A DNA stretch of 64,000 nucleotides, from the NCBI GenBank assembly GCA_005799065.1, contig SYHW01000037.1, positions 18,575-82,574 on the forward strand. Reading direction: 5' to 3'. The notes beneath the pieces were generated by a model. It was not told the origin of the DNA. It was given only the letters and a program-made list of their open reading frames with translations, and ran no database searches. This document shows positions 43,888 to 53,798 of this stretch, one piece after another. This stretch comes from Bacteroidota bacterium (GTDB taxonomy: Bacteria; Bacteroidota; Bacteroidia; UBA7662). Numbering within the stretch: position 1 is the stretch's first letter; every line of letters begins with the position of its first letter. The translations under genes were made by a program, and so were the position numbers.

Positions 43888-45228
43888 GTGTACAAGAAAA
43901 TTCTGATTGCCAACCGGGGCGAAATTGCCCTTAGGATCATCCGAACCTGTAAAGAAATGAACATCAAAACAGTAGCGGTGTTTTCAACGGCAGACCGGGA
44001 GAGTTTGCATGTGCGTTTTGCGGATGAGGCTGTTTGTATTGGCCCACCCCGAAGCGCCGACTCATACCTCAGCATGAAGAATTTGCTGTCGGCTGCCGAA
44101 ATCACCAACGCAGATGCCATTCATCCGGGCTATGGCTTTCTTTCCGAAAACGCACAGTTTTCAGAGGTATGTCGCGAATACGGTATTAAGTTCATCGGTC
44201 CTTCACCAGAGTCTATCCGAGCAATGGGCGACAAAGCTACTGCTAAAGAAACTATGCGCCGGGCAGGCGTGCCGGTGGTTCCGGGATCTGATGGCTTACT
44301 GGAGTCGTCTGAGCAGGCCAAAGGTGTGGCTTCTGAAATTGGGTACCCTGTGATCATTAAGGCAACAGCTGGAGGTGGTGGCAAGGGTATGCGGGTAATC
44401 TGGAAAGAAGAGGAACTAGAAGATGCCATGGACTCAGCTCGCCGTGAAGCCGCTGCCTCTTTTGGCAACGATGGTCTCTACATGGAGAAATTTATTGAAG
44501 AGCCAAGGCACATTGAAATCCAAATTGTGGGTGATCAATACGGAAAGGCTTGTCACCTCAGCGAGCGTGATTGCAGCATTCAACGCCGGCATCAAAAGCT
44601 GATCGAGGAATCGCCTTCACCATTTATGACTGATGAACTGCGGCAAAGGATGGGAGAGGCAGCCATCCAAGGTGCCATGGCGGTGGGCTACGAGGGTGCG
44701 GGTACGATAGAATTTTTGGTCGATAAATACCGGAATTTCTATTTCATGGAGATGAATACACGAATTCAGGTAGAGCATCCCGTAACTGAGGAGGTGATCG
44801 ACTATGACCTCATTAAAGAACAAATCAAAGTGGCGGCAGGAATCCCAATTTCGGGTAAGAATTACATTCCTAAAATGCATGCTATTGAGTGCAGGGTAAA
44901 TGCAGAGGACGTATATCAAGATTTTCGTCCTTGTCCTGGTAAGATCACCACCCTTCACATGCCGGGTGGCCACGGTGTTAGGGTCGATACGCACATATAT
45001 TCAGGCTACACGATTCCACCTTATTATGACTCGATGATCGCCAAAGTTATTTCGGTGGCGCAAACACGGGAAGAGGCGATTGCCACCATGGAGCGTGCCC
45101 TCAGCGAGTTTGTTGTGGAGGGGGTGAAGACCACTATTCCCTTCCACCTGAAGATGTTGCAAGACGAGAATTTCAGGGCAGGCACATTCAATACCCAGTA
45201 TTTGAATACCTGGACCATGCCCGAATAG
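43888..45228 (+). CDS. accC: Acetyl-CoA carboxylase biotin carboxylase subunit
   Basis: (V)[18 protein letters not shown] with a GTG start after the accB stop. ATP-grasp motifs [18 protein letters not shown] and [14 protein letters not shown]. Confidence 0.9.
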   Translation: MYKKILIANRGEIALRIIRTCKEMNIKTVAVFSTADRESLHVRFADEAVCIGPPRSADSYLSMKNLLSAAEITNADAIHPGYGFLSENAQFSEVCREYGIKFIGPSPESIRAMGDKATAKETMRRAGVPVVPGSDGLLESSEQAKGVASEIGYPVIIKATAGGGGKGMRVIWKEEELEDAMDSARREAAASFGNDGLYMEKFIEEPRHIEIQIVGDQYGKACHLSERDCSIQRRHQKLIEESPSPFMTDELRQRMGEAAIQGAMAVGYEGAGTIEFLVDKYRNFYFMEMNTRIQVEHPVTEEVIDYDLIKEQIKVAAGIPISGKNYIPKMHAIECRVNAEDVYQDFRPCPGKITTLHMPGGHGVRVDTHIYSGYTIPPYYDSMIAKVISVAQTREEAIATMERALSEFVVEGVKTTIPFHLKMLQDENFRAGTFNTQYLNTWTMPE

Positions 45229-45261
45229 GGTATTGAAGCCGTTTTAGCTAAAACTTGACTG

Positions 45262-46329
45262 ATGTTCAGGCCTTTCGTCGCCCTTGTTTTCTCCGCAGTC
45301 TTGTTTTTGCCTGACCACCTGCGTGCGCAGAATTACCTCATTCCGAGCCGTTTTACAGAAAGTCCATCGCCCCCCAAGCCCAATTACAGCGACCAAAACA
45401 ATTGGTGTGCCCTGCCCCATCGCGTTGATGAGGCTGACCAGACCCCAAGAGGCCATCAATCGGTAGGAATCCATGCTCCTGCTGATGTATTTTATGTGCA
45501 CCCAACCCTGTTTGCCGATAAGCCCAAAACGGAGTTCAAATGGAACCAGGATGTGCGCGACCCTGAGCTGAATCGACAGGTCGATGAATGGCCTATTCGT
45601 TATCAAGCCACGGCATTCAACGCCGCGGGCCGGGTATATGCCCCGCGCTACCGGCAGGCACATTATTCGGTTTTTTTGACTCCTCATCTCGACGATAAAA
45701 AGAAAGCCCTCGATTGGGCCTATGCGGATGTGGAGGCGGCATTCGATTACTTTATTCAACATTATAACCAAGGCCGGCCCTTCCTTCTTGCCGGACATTC
45801 ACAGGGCACCCTCCACCTGGCGCGCTTGCTCAAGCATCGTATAATTGGCACATCGTTGCAGCAGCGATTGGTGGTGGCTTACCTGCCCGGAATGCCGATC
45901 CCGGCCGATTCTCTGGCCGGACTACCCGTTTGCGTGGATTCTACTACTACAGGTTGTTGGACAAGCTGGAGGACCTTTCGTTGGGGGTATCAACCCAAAC
46001 AGGCACCCAACTCTAGTTTGGATCCGGTGTGCGTGAACCCAATCAGTTGGGTTTATGAAGATTCCGGCCCGGGCGACTCAGTACAAGCCTACGTTGCTCG
46101 TCGCCACCACAAAGGAGCTGTGGTAAAGCCCTTCGGACGAATTTACCCGCGTCGCTGCGATGCAGCTCATTACCGTGGTATATTGTGGGTGCATCGTCCG
46201 CGATTTCCCGGATCATTTCTTATACGATCGCCTAATTATCATTCAGGCGACATTAACTTATTTTATATGGACATCCGACACAATGCCGTGCTTCGGGTGC
46301 AGCAATTTACTGGAGGGATGACCCCGTAA
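45262..46329 (+). CDS. DUF3089-like alpha/beta-hydrolase-fold protein
   Basis: Signal-like N-terminus, YAPRYRQA, and a nucleophile-elbow-like LLAGHSQGT. The family assignment is by recall of the pattern. Confidence 0.55.
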   Translation: MFRPFVALVFSAVLFLPDHLRAQNYLIPSRFTESPSPPKPNYSDQNNWCALPHRVDEADQTPRGHQSVGIHAPADVFYVHPTLFADKPKTEFKWNQDVRDPELNRQVDEWPIRYQATAFNAAGRVYAPRYRQAHYSVFLTPHLDDKKKALDWAYADVEAAFDYFIQHYNQGRPFLLAGHSQGTLHLARLLKHRIIGTSLQQRLVVAYLPGMPIPADSLAGLPVCVDSTTTGCWTSWRTFRWGYQPKQAPNSSLDPVCVNPISWVYEDSGPGDSVQAYVARRHHKGAVVKPFGRIYPRRCDAAHYRGILWVHRPRFPGSFLIRSPNYHSGDINLFYMDIRHNAVLRVQQFTGGMTP

Positions 46330-46385
46330 ATTTTACCTGTTGGCACACAAAATGCCATTGAAATTGTTTCTTTCCCAAAGTCATT

Positions 46386-46429
46386 ATGTCTGTCCCCATT
46401 ACTCTATATGTCTGATCCCATAACTCTAT
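46386..46429 (+). repeat. 22-bp x2 tandem duplication spanning the nfu start codon
   Basis: atgtctgtccccattactctat / atgtctgatcccataactctat (3 mismatches). The upstream copy creates an out-of-frame 9-codon uORF (46386..46415) overlapping ATG 46408. Confidence 0.9.
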
Positions 46430-46995
46430 ACACCGAGTCGACACCCAATCCGTCGACCATGAAATTTGTAGCCAATCGATACCTCCTTGAGGCAGGGTGG
46501 GTTGAAGTTGACCGGCAGAGTGCCGATCTGCAAGAAGTGCCGTTGGCGGTAAAGTTATTTGAATTTCCCTTCGTGGAGCGGGTCTATATCAGTCAAAACT
46601 TCGTCACCATTACCCGCCACAGCCATGAAAACTGGCTCGAAATCAATCCCATTCTCAAGGAATTTATCCAAAGTTATTTAGAAGCGGGTTTACCTGTGGC
46701 GCGAAGTATTCAACCTGAGGTGGCCAGCGATGATGCTGGTGGGTCAGTAGAAGGCGACAGCCAGACGCCCCAGCGTATACAGCAGATTTTGCGTGAGTAC
46801 ATTCAGCCTGCCGTGGAACAGGACGGTGGCGCCATTCGCTATAAATCTTGGGATCCCGTATCGGGTATCGTTTCGGTGACCCTACAAGGTTCGTGTAGTG
46901 GATGCCCGTCGTCGACCATTACCCTGAAAGCCGGCATCGAAAACCTGCTCAAGCGCATGCTACCCGAGGTAAAAGAAGTAGTGGCCGACGTCTGA
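46408..46995 (+). CDS. NifU/Nfu-type Fe-S cluster carrier (Nfu_N + NifU C-terminal domain)
   Basis: N-terminal TESTPNPSTMKFV and C-terminal LQGSCSGCPSSTITLK. Confidence 0.85.
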   Translation: MSDPITLYTESTPNPSTMKFVANRYLLEAGWVEVDRQSADLQEVPLAVKLFEFPFVERVYISQNFVTITRHSHENWLEINPILKEFIQSYLEAGLPVARSIQPEVASDDAGGSVEGDSQTPQRIQQILREYIQPAVEQDGGAIRYKSWDPVSGIVSVTLQGSCSGCPSSTITLKAGIENLLKRMLPEVKEVVADV

Positions 46996-47083
46996 TACAA
47001 ATAATGCAAAAGAAAAGAGCGTGTGAATTCACTCTGCCAAGAGTCATTAAGAGTGAAATGCGATGGAGCGAATAATAGTGAAA

Positions 47084-50000
47084 CTATCGTACGTTCAACA
47101 GAAGTTTGTGGCGAGATATGCCAACGCTGCTGTGCACTTCAACCTGAATCATTCTTGTTGGGCCATTGGGTAAGGCGATGCCGTTGGCTCTATCGGGGCG
47201 ACCTTCCGTGAGCAATCGGCCTTGTAGGTCGTAGAACTTCACCCAAACGCCTCGATTGGATGGATGTGAAAGGCCAGCCGCACCCGCATCTTGGTTTTGG
47301 GGTGCTTCCAATCCGAACCCTGAATCGATGCCAGGTATTCCACCAATCCAAATCCGATCATTCGCAGGATTCGGATAAACAAAAATGGAGGCCGAAGAAG
47401 ATTCTTTAACCAATCTTGGGGCCGACCAAATAAGACCATGCATCAAATCACCGCTCACATCAGCACATTCTGATTCGTCGGATACAGAAATGCTTCCTTC
47501 AGCGGACCCCTCAAGCCACAACTCCACGGTTGCGGAGCTTCCGCCACCCGACAATCCGTGGAGCCCATACCAAGCCAGGCGCACTGTTCTACCAACTTGC
47601 CGAAAAACAGGGGCCATATCAGATGCCGACGCTTGTGGCAATCGTACATCCCTTAGTGTAAGACCTTCCGGAAGCAGGAGAACGAGGCTGATGGCCCCCA
47701 AATTTCGTTTCAGATCAGCCTCGAGGTGTACAGGAAAGCGCGTTCCCTGATAGGTTTGGCTGGTCCCCTGCTCCTGAAGGCTGCGGAATAATGCCCGCAA
47801 CCAAGGGTTCGGTTGCATACTGCCATTGATATCGCCAGAGGCCAAGACGCGAATGTTCCGCTCAACGCGCGGAGCCAGATTGCTGACTATTACCTGCAGC
47901 GAATCGTACTGCCAGTCACCCGCCACAAAAGATCCCAACAAGCTGGCAAAGCGTTGGTTGATGTTCAGGGCGTCGGAGGCGTTCACGACTGAGGTGAGGT
48001 TAACGTCCGCCGCTTTGAGGGGCAATCCAGACAACATGGTTAATCCCGAGAAATGTCGTGCGGCCAGCAAGGCATCGGTCGCTGTGGCGCCTCCCCATGG
48101 CTTATTGTGGGTGATCCTCAAATTATAACTGCCCGGATTCACACCCAGTAGCATATAGCGACCCAGGGAGTCTGTAGTTGCAGACCTCAGGGTCTGGTTG
48201 GCTTGACGAAGTTCTACCAAACTATTGCCCATCGGGGTCTGTGCGGTGTTTAGATAGGTGAGCCTGCCCTCCACCCTTGGGGCGGTTTGCCCACTTAACG
48301 CTATATTGGTCAAATACAGATTGTTACCGTAGCCGCAAATCCCAACAAACTTCAGGCGTATTCGGTTGCCGGTATAGGCCGATAAATCAATACTGTCGCG
48401 TCGCCACTCTGTAGGTGCAGCAGGAGTGAAGCCCCCACTGCTGAAGGTGCCCGCCGTGGCCAAGTCCAAATTCTGTCTGAAATAACCGGTGGGTTGATAC
48501 GTCTGCCCACAATTGGTAGAAACATCCACCCGGAGCCCATCGAATAAAGACGTCGAATAGCGGGCGTAGGCTACGTCAAAGTAGAGCTTAACCTCGCCCG
48601 CCACATTCGATAAATCGTAGACAGGGGTAATCAGATCGTCTTCCTGACCTGGACCGTTATAGGAGTAGAAATTGAGCCATGCCATGCCCGAATTGCTGCC
48701 ATTCGGGCCAGCACCTGTGCGGAATTGCCAGGTAACACTGTTGTCGGGGTTGCGCAGGCTCCAACCGATGGGTAGGTTAGAGGCCGCAAAATTCTCTTGA
48801 ATCGGTGGGGTCTGTCCCCCCCCCACGTTGATGTAGTCGGTGCGCAATAAGGTGTCGGCCCCTAAGTTGTTCGAAACAATCAGACGGACATTATAGGTGC
48901 CCAATGCGGAAAAAAGTAAACGAGGATTCTGAGAGCTGGCCGTGGTTCCCCCCACAAACTGGAAAGTGGATGGGGTAATGTCCCACTGCCACGATACAAC
49001 CGCATTGAGGGTTTGATCGGAAATGTTCACCGTATCGCTGAGACAGGGTGAAAGTGAACTGGCAGTGAAATTGGCCACCGGCGGCGCCTGGCAATTCAAA
49101 AGGCTATTGACTGGCTTTGCGACGGCGATGCAGCGTCGGCCAACGCCACTTCCTGTGAGAACAGGTGCCACGGCAAACCAGTCTGCTTGCGACGGAATGG
49201 TTCCATTTACGGTGAAAGTAGTGGAAGCGGTTGTTCCAATAGAATCCATATACCGTTGACCCAATCGGTATACGATATATTGTGCTGCACCCGATACAGC
49301 CGACCAGCTGAGACCGGTTTCGGTCGGACAAACATAAGCAATCGAAAGGCCGCTTACGAGCCGAATGATATTAAATGGCTGTTCCGATTGGGCAGTCGTT
49401 GTGCCTGCAGTCACGCGGATGAGTGCTTGATGGGTGGGGGTTAGGGTAGTGGGCAAGGTCCAGCTCACATGTCGTACATTGTTGGCCAGATTGGTAGCCA
49501 TGTTCATCCATGATTGCCCGTTGTTGAGCGAATACTGCACATTAAATGTACCCGAAACACCAGTGGCATCCCAACGAATCAATTCAGTCTCGCCTGGAAC
49601 AAAGCCCTCTCCTCCGATGGGATAAGTAATCTGAATGTTGTTTTCGTGCCATTCCCAAACCACCCAATAGCGCTGCGGGCCCAAGGGGACGGCCGTGCCT
49701 AGTATTCGTACTACATAAGTGCCCGCCTCGGGAAGTGAAACACTGACTTGCTCCGCATTATTCAAGGTATCTACACCGGGTACGGCCAAGCTGTTGAGGG
49801 CTGTGGCCGTTGGGGTCGGATTTAAAACGAGTGGCAGCCAATTCACACCATTGGGCGCAATCAGCCGCATGTCTAAATTATTAACCAAGGCCCTTGTGGC
49901 ATTGGGTGCACCGGCTTCATCAGCCCAATAAACCATCACCCGGAGGTTGCGGGCAGAGGACGGGACGCTAATGTTCACGCTAGCGCTGTCGTTTTGGCTG

Positions 50001-51571
50001 AGCAAACCAGTTGCATATCGGTTGGTTTCCATGGTTTTCAAAGCCTTGAGCGCATTGACTCGACCCCAGCCAAAGCGGAAGTCTGGGCCTGCATTGCCCA
50101 AATCTTCAGCCGTATTGAGCATACAAGCTTTTAATAGAGCAGTAGGTGGTACAGCATTATTGTTGAGGCTGCGGTAGGCATGGCTCAATTGGGCGAAAAT
50201 ACCAGCCACCCCCGGTGAGGCCGCCGAGGTGCCGCCGCCTGTCTGATAGGTGTTATTGGGGGCAGTAGACAATTGGTTGTAGCCATTCGAACAAATGTCG
50301 GGTTTAATGCGGCCATCGCTGGCCGGGCCCCTGCTGCTCGAACTTTCCAGTTGATCAGTATTGCGCAAATTGCCACAAGCCACCACATTTTTACCCGCTT
50401 TGTAGCCCCCGGTAATATTACCCCAACCTGCACCCGCACCATATCCATGGTCAGACGTGCCCGCATTTCCCGCAGAAAAAACGTGAATAAGCATTTCATT
50501 GTTGTGGATTTGCGCGTCGATGGTAGAGGCATTTCCATTGTATAAACCCCCATTCACCTCACTATATGAGGTCGACGTGATCGTAGTGCCCAGCGTGTTG
50601 TAGTTAGAAACGGCCGGTGTTACGTGTGGGTAACCGTTGATGCCATACATGTGTAGGTAAGCCCCTGGTGCCATGCCTTTTTTGGTGGGATCGAGGTTAG
50701 CCGCACCTAATGCGATCCCAGAAACCATGTCGCCATGGGTATTTCCTGCCGTGAAATCATTCGTATATTGAGTCAGGCGGCCGGTGAAGTCGATGTGCGG
50801 TCCGATGGCACCATCATCGGCGATGCCCACAACGATCCCACTGCCATCGTAGCGGTAACCACCGGCCTGCTGGTTGTCGATGGCATGCGATCGGTGCAAA
50901 GAACGACCCTCTCGATCTTCGGGTTGGCCTTCAGCCGGGGCGGGCTCGATAAACTGAATAGCGGGATGTACAGAAAAGGCGAACAACTGTTCGGGCCTAA
51001 TCCAACCGCACAATAAATGATCCCCTGTTGAATTTGGTATAATCTCCAAGAGGGATCCAAGCGCCGAACGAAGCTCCGAATTCAATGAAATGGATTGAAA
51101 CAACATAACATTGATCTTCAATTTCTCACCCTTGTATTGAAGTTGGCTGTTCAAATTGGGTTTGAGCAGCGCAGGATCGATTTTTCCGATTGGTGGCATT
51201 GAAGCAATACCATAGGCTGCAGCTTCAATGAGATGATTGGGGGAGAACCCGACATCGGCAGACGCCAAATACGTATGCGGGGGGATGAATCCATTGAGGA
51301 CTAGCCCGGCCTCTTTCAACCGATCCATTGTCGATTGTGCAGGAATTTGCGCAAAGGCGAGCATAAAAAAATACTTTCCTTGCCATTGGGGCAACGATTC
51401 GAGTGATTCTGCGAGCGCGATCGGGCTTTGCTGCTGGATGAACAGCGTGCCGGATTGCACATAGACAGGAAGCGAATTTTGAGCGCTCAATCGATTTTGA
51501 TAAGCGAATAGGCCGGTCAACACCACCAAAAACAAACGACACTGGAATTTGTAAAAGCTCATAGTCAACAA
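47084..51571 (-). CDS. Very large secreted S8 (subtilisin-family) serine peptidase with multiple accessory domains and a T9SS C-terminal sorting domain
   Basis: Signal peptide, then the catalytic triad contexts VVGIADDG, GNTHGDMVSG and GGTSAASPGVAG. Accessory regions are PKD-like (VSWQWDITPS...GTYNVRLIVSN), MAM/lectin-like and carboxypeptidase-regulatory-like (GRYMLLGVNPGSYNLRI). The C-terminal tail is IFVYPNPANDRIWI...VKFYDLQGRLL. Confidence 0.85.
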   Translation of the reverse strand: MLTMSFYKFQCRLFLVVLTGLFAYQNRLSAQNSLPVYVQSGTLFIQQQSPIALAESLESLPQWQGKYFFMLAFAQIPAQSTMDRLKEAGLVLNGFIPPHTYLASADVGFSPNHLIEAAAYGIASMPPIGKIDPALLKPNLNSQLQYKGEKLKINVMLFQSISLNSELRSALGSLLEIIPNSTGDHLLCGWIRPEQLFAFSVHPAIQFIEPAPAEGQPEDREGRSLHRSHAIDNQQAGGYRYDGSGIVVGIADDGAIGPHIDFTGRLTQYTNDFTAGNTHGDMVSGIALGAANLDPTKKGMAPGAYLHMYGINGYPHVTPAVSNYNTLGTTITSTSYSEVNGGLYNGNASTIDAQIHNNEMLIHVFSAGNAGTSDHGYGAGAGWGNITGGYKAGKNVVACGNLRNTDQLESSSSRGPASDGRIKPDICSNGYNQLSTAPNNTYQTGGGTSAASPGVAGIFAQLSHAYRSLNNNAVPPTALLKACMLNTAEDLGNAGPDFRFGWGRVNALKALKTMETNRYATGLLSQNDSASVNISVPSSARNLRVMVYWADEAGAPNATRALVNNLDMRLIAPNGVNWLPLVLNPTPTATALNSLAVPGVDTLNNAEQVSVSLPEAGTYVVRILGTAVPLGPQRYWVVWEWHENNIQITYPIGGEGFVPGETELIRWDATGVSGTFNVQYSLNNGQSWMNMATNLANNVRHVSWTLPTTLTPTHQALIRVTAGTTTAQSEQPFNIIRLVSGLSIAYVCPTETGLSWSAVSGAAQYIVYRLGQRYMDSIGTTASTTFTVNGTIPSQADWFAVAPVLTGSGVGRRCIAVAKPVNSLLNCQAPPVANFTASSLSPCLSDTVNISDQTLNAVVSWQWDITPSTFQFVGGTTASSQNPRLLFSALGTYNVRLIVSNNLGADTLLRTDYINVGGGQTPPIQENFAASNLPIGWSLRNPDNSVTWQFRTGAGPNGSNSGMAWLNFYSYNGPGQEDDLITPVYDLSNVAGEVKLYFDVAYARYSTSLFDGLRVDVSTNCGQTYQPTGYFRQNLDLATAGTFSSGGFTPAAPTEWRRDSIDLSAYTGNRIRLKFVGICGYGNNLYLTNIALSGQTAPRVEGRLTYLNTAQTPMGNSLVELRQANQTLRSATTDSLGRYMLLGVNPGSYNLRITHNKPWGGATATDALLAARHFSGLTMLSGLPLKAADVNLTSVVNASDALNINQRFASLLGSFVAGDWQYDSLQVIVSNLAPRVERNIRVLASGDINGSMQPNPWLRALFRSLQEQGTSQTYQGTRFPVHLEADLKRNLGAISLVLLLPEGLTLRDVRLPQASASDMAPVFRQVGRTVRLAWYGLHGLSGGGSSATVELWLEGSAEGSISVSDESECADVSGDLMHGLIWSAPRLVKESSSASIFVYPNPANDRIWIGGIPGIDSGFGLEAPQNQDAGAAGLSHPSNRGVWVKFYDLQGRLLTEGRPDRANGIALPNGPTRMIQVEVHSSVGISRHKLLLNVR

Positions 51572-51646
51572 TCAATAATTTGTAGGAATTTAGCGCAAAA
51601 TACACATAATCCCACATCTCTAATCTGCTTTAGAAGATCTAAATAC

Positions 51647-52684
51647 ATGCCAAAACAAGATTTATCACCTAAAAAACTACACGGATTGATGCAAACTGGT
51701 GTGTGCCTGGATGTTCGCTCGCCCGCTGAGTATCGGGAAGGACACATACCCGGAGCGCTGTCCATGCCCTTGTTGAGCGATACCGAGCGGGCACAAACCG
51801 GCATCACCTATAAGCAGAAAGGTCGTGACGCGGCTGTACTACAGGCACTCATTTGGGTTGGGCCCAAGATGTCGGGATTCGTTGACCAAGCCCGCCGATT
51901 GAGTGCAGGGCGTCCAATCCTGTTGTATTGTTGGCGGGGCGGCATGCGATCCCATTCTATGGCCTGGCTTCTGAAACAGGCTGGCTTGGAAGTTTCGGTG
52001 CTCGAGGGTGGATACCGCAACTGGCGTCGTCATATATATGAGGTGATGGCCACTTGGGGCCAATGGGTCGTCATTGGCGGACCCACCGGTAGTGGGAAAA
52101 CCAAACTGCTGCATGCATTAAAAGAGGCTGGCGAACAAGTCCTGGATCTGGAAGCGCTGGCCAACCACCGAGGATCGGCCTTTGGTGCGCTTGGTCTTCC
52201 ACCACAGCCCGGAAATGAACAATTTATCAGCGACATCGGTTGGAAGATTTGCGGGATGAAAAAAGGACGACGTATTTGGGTGGAAGACGAAAGCAGTATG
52301 ATCGGTAGCCTCCATCTTCCGGAGGTCGTTGTGGGTCGGCTGTCTACTTCTCCATTCGTTTATCTGCAAACCGATTTTGAACAGCGAATTCGAGAATTGG
52401 TTCGCGAATATGGACAACAAACACGGGCGGAATTAGAGGGTGCTTTCAGGAAAATAGCCCGAAAGATTGGTGGGCAGTACCTCAATCTGGCCTTGGACGC
52501 ACTCAACGGGGGCCGACTCCACGAGGCTGCATCCATTGCGCTGCGCTACTACGACAAGGCCTATGCTCAAAGTCTTTCCATCAGACATCCAGAAGGAGGA
52601 ATATCGCTCACCTGGGGGGTGCATGAGGAAGCAGTTCAAGTAATGAACAGACTATTGCATATCATGAAAGTCAGTGAGCGATGA
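51647..52684 (+). CDS. mnmH: tRNA 2-selenouridine(34) synthase
   Basis: Rhodanese domain with LLYCWRGGMRS, followed by the P-loop GGPTGSGKT. Confidence 0.85.
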   Translation: MPKQDLSPKKLHGLMQTGVCLDVRSPAEYREGHIPGALSMPLLSDTERAQTGITYKQKGRDAAVLQALIWVGPKMSGFVDQARRLSAGRPILLYCWRGGMRSHSMAWLLKQAGLEVSVLEGGYRNWRRHIYEVMATWGQWVVIGGPTGSGKTKLLHALKEAGEQVLDLEALANHRGSAFGALGLPPQPGNEQFISDIGWKICGMKKGRRIWVEDESSMIGSLHLPEVVVGRLSTSPFVYLQTDFEQRIRELVREYGQQTRAELEGAFRKIARKIGGQYLNLALDALNGGRLHEAASIALRYYDKAYAQSLSIRHPEGGISLTWGVHEEAVQVMNRLLHIMKVSER

Positions 52685-52745
52685 ATTTTAAAATGAATTT
52701 TTAATACAATACATACAATAACAAAAAAATACAAAATACTTTTAA

Positions 52746-53798
52746 ATGAATGAAAAGCCTGAACAAACGCGATTAACCGAATGGGCTCCTGCATCAGGAT
52801 GTGGCTGCAAACTTCCCGCCCAGCATTTAGACCGAATTCTCGCGCATGTACAGCCATCGAATAGCGACAGATTACTGCTGGGATGGGAGCATAGAGATGA
52901 TGCGGCCGTTTATCAAATCTCACCAGACCGATTGTTGCTGTCGACCGCCGATTTTATGAGTCCGCCCGTCGATGATCCCTACGATTTTGGACGAATCGCA
53001 GCCACCAACGCGATCAGCGACATCTATGCCATGGGTGGCGAACCCATGCTGGCCTTGGGCATCCTTGTCTGGCCTTCCGATAAGCTCACACCAGAAATGG
53101 GCGCCGAAGTGTTGAATGGCGCTCGTGAGGTGTGCGACGATGAAGGCGTAGCCCTTGCCGGAGGACACAGCGTGGATGGTCCGCAACCCCTGTTCGGATT
53201 GTCTGTGAACGGATGGGTGGCACCTGAACATTTACGGACCAATTCCGGTGCACGGGTGGGCGACTGGCTCTACCTCACCAAGCCACTCGGAATTGGAATC
53301 CTCACGGCTGCCCTTCGACGCCAAGCCTTGCAATCAAGCGATCTATTTACCTTGCTCCAACTCACCACGCAATCCAACAAGGTAGGTGCACAGTTCGCCC
53401 GCGAGGCCTATGTGCACAGCATGACCGACGTCACCGGATTTGGCCTGTTGGGTCACCTCCTTGAAATGTGTCGGGCATCGGGAACAGGGGCCGAGCTTTA
53501 CCTCGATGCCCTTCCGCAGGCGGAGGGGTTAGATCCATATGTGCTGTCTATGATCGTGCCCGATCAAACCTACCGCAACTGGAATGCTGTGGAGGGGCAG
53601 GTGCAGGGCATGCAAGGAATGGAATTTATGATCCTTTGCGATCCCCAAACGAGTGGTGGATTATTAATCAGCGTTCATGCCCAGGCCACAGACACCTTTG
53701 AGGCCAGGGCTCGGGCGTTGAAACAACCCATTTGGCGGATCGGTCGAATGAAATCGAAGCTCGGAGTCGAAATTTTGCCCCGTTTCAACGGAGGATAA
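52746..53798 (+). CDS. selD: Selenide, water dikinase (Cys-type)
   Basis: N-terminal ASGCGCKLP (codons TGT/TGC, not TGA), then DDAAVY, DFMSPPVDDPYDFGRIAATNAISDIYAMGG. Confidence 0.9.
   Translation: MNEKPEQTRLTEWAPASGCGCKLPAQHLDRILAHVQPSNSDRLLLGWEHRDDAAVYQISPDRLLLSTADFMSPPVDDPYDFGRIAATNAISDIYAMGGEPMLALGILVWPSDKLTPEMGAEVLNGAREVCDDEGVALAGGHSVDGPQPLFGLSVNGWVAPEHLRTNSGARVGDWLYLTKPLGIGILTAALRRQALQSSDLFTLLQLTTQSNKVGAQFAREAYVHSMTDVTGFGLLGHLLEMCRASGTGAELYLDALPQAEGLDPYVLSMIVPDQTYRNWNAVEGQVQGMQGMEFMILCDPQTSGGLLISVHAQATDTFEARARALKQPIWRIGRMKSKLGVEILPRFNGG

Noticed and set aside
45240-45253. Palindrome GTTTTAGCTAAAAC after accC as a terminator
   Set aside because: It would form a loop-less 7-bp AT-rich stem with no following T-run, only about 10 nt before the next start codon. 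This is not convincing.
45244-45798. 184-aa minus-strand ORF
   Set aside because: It is antisense to the DUF3089-like gene and would collide with the accC stop region. It has no motif.
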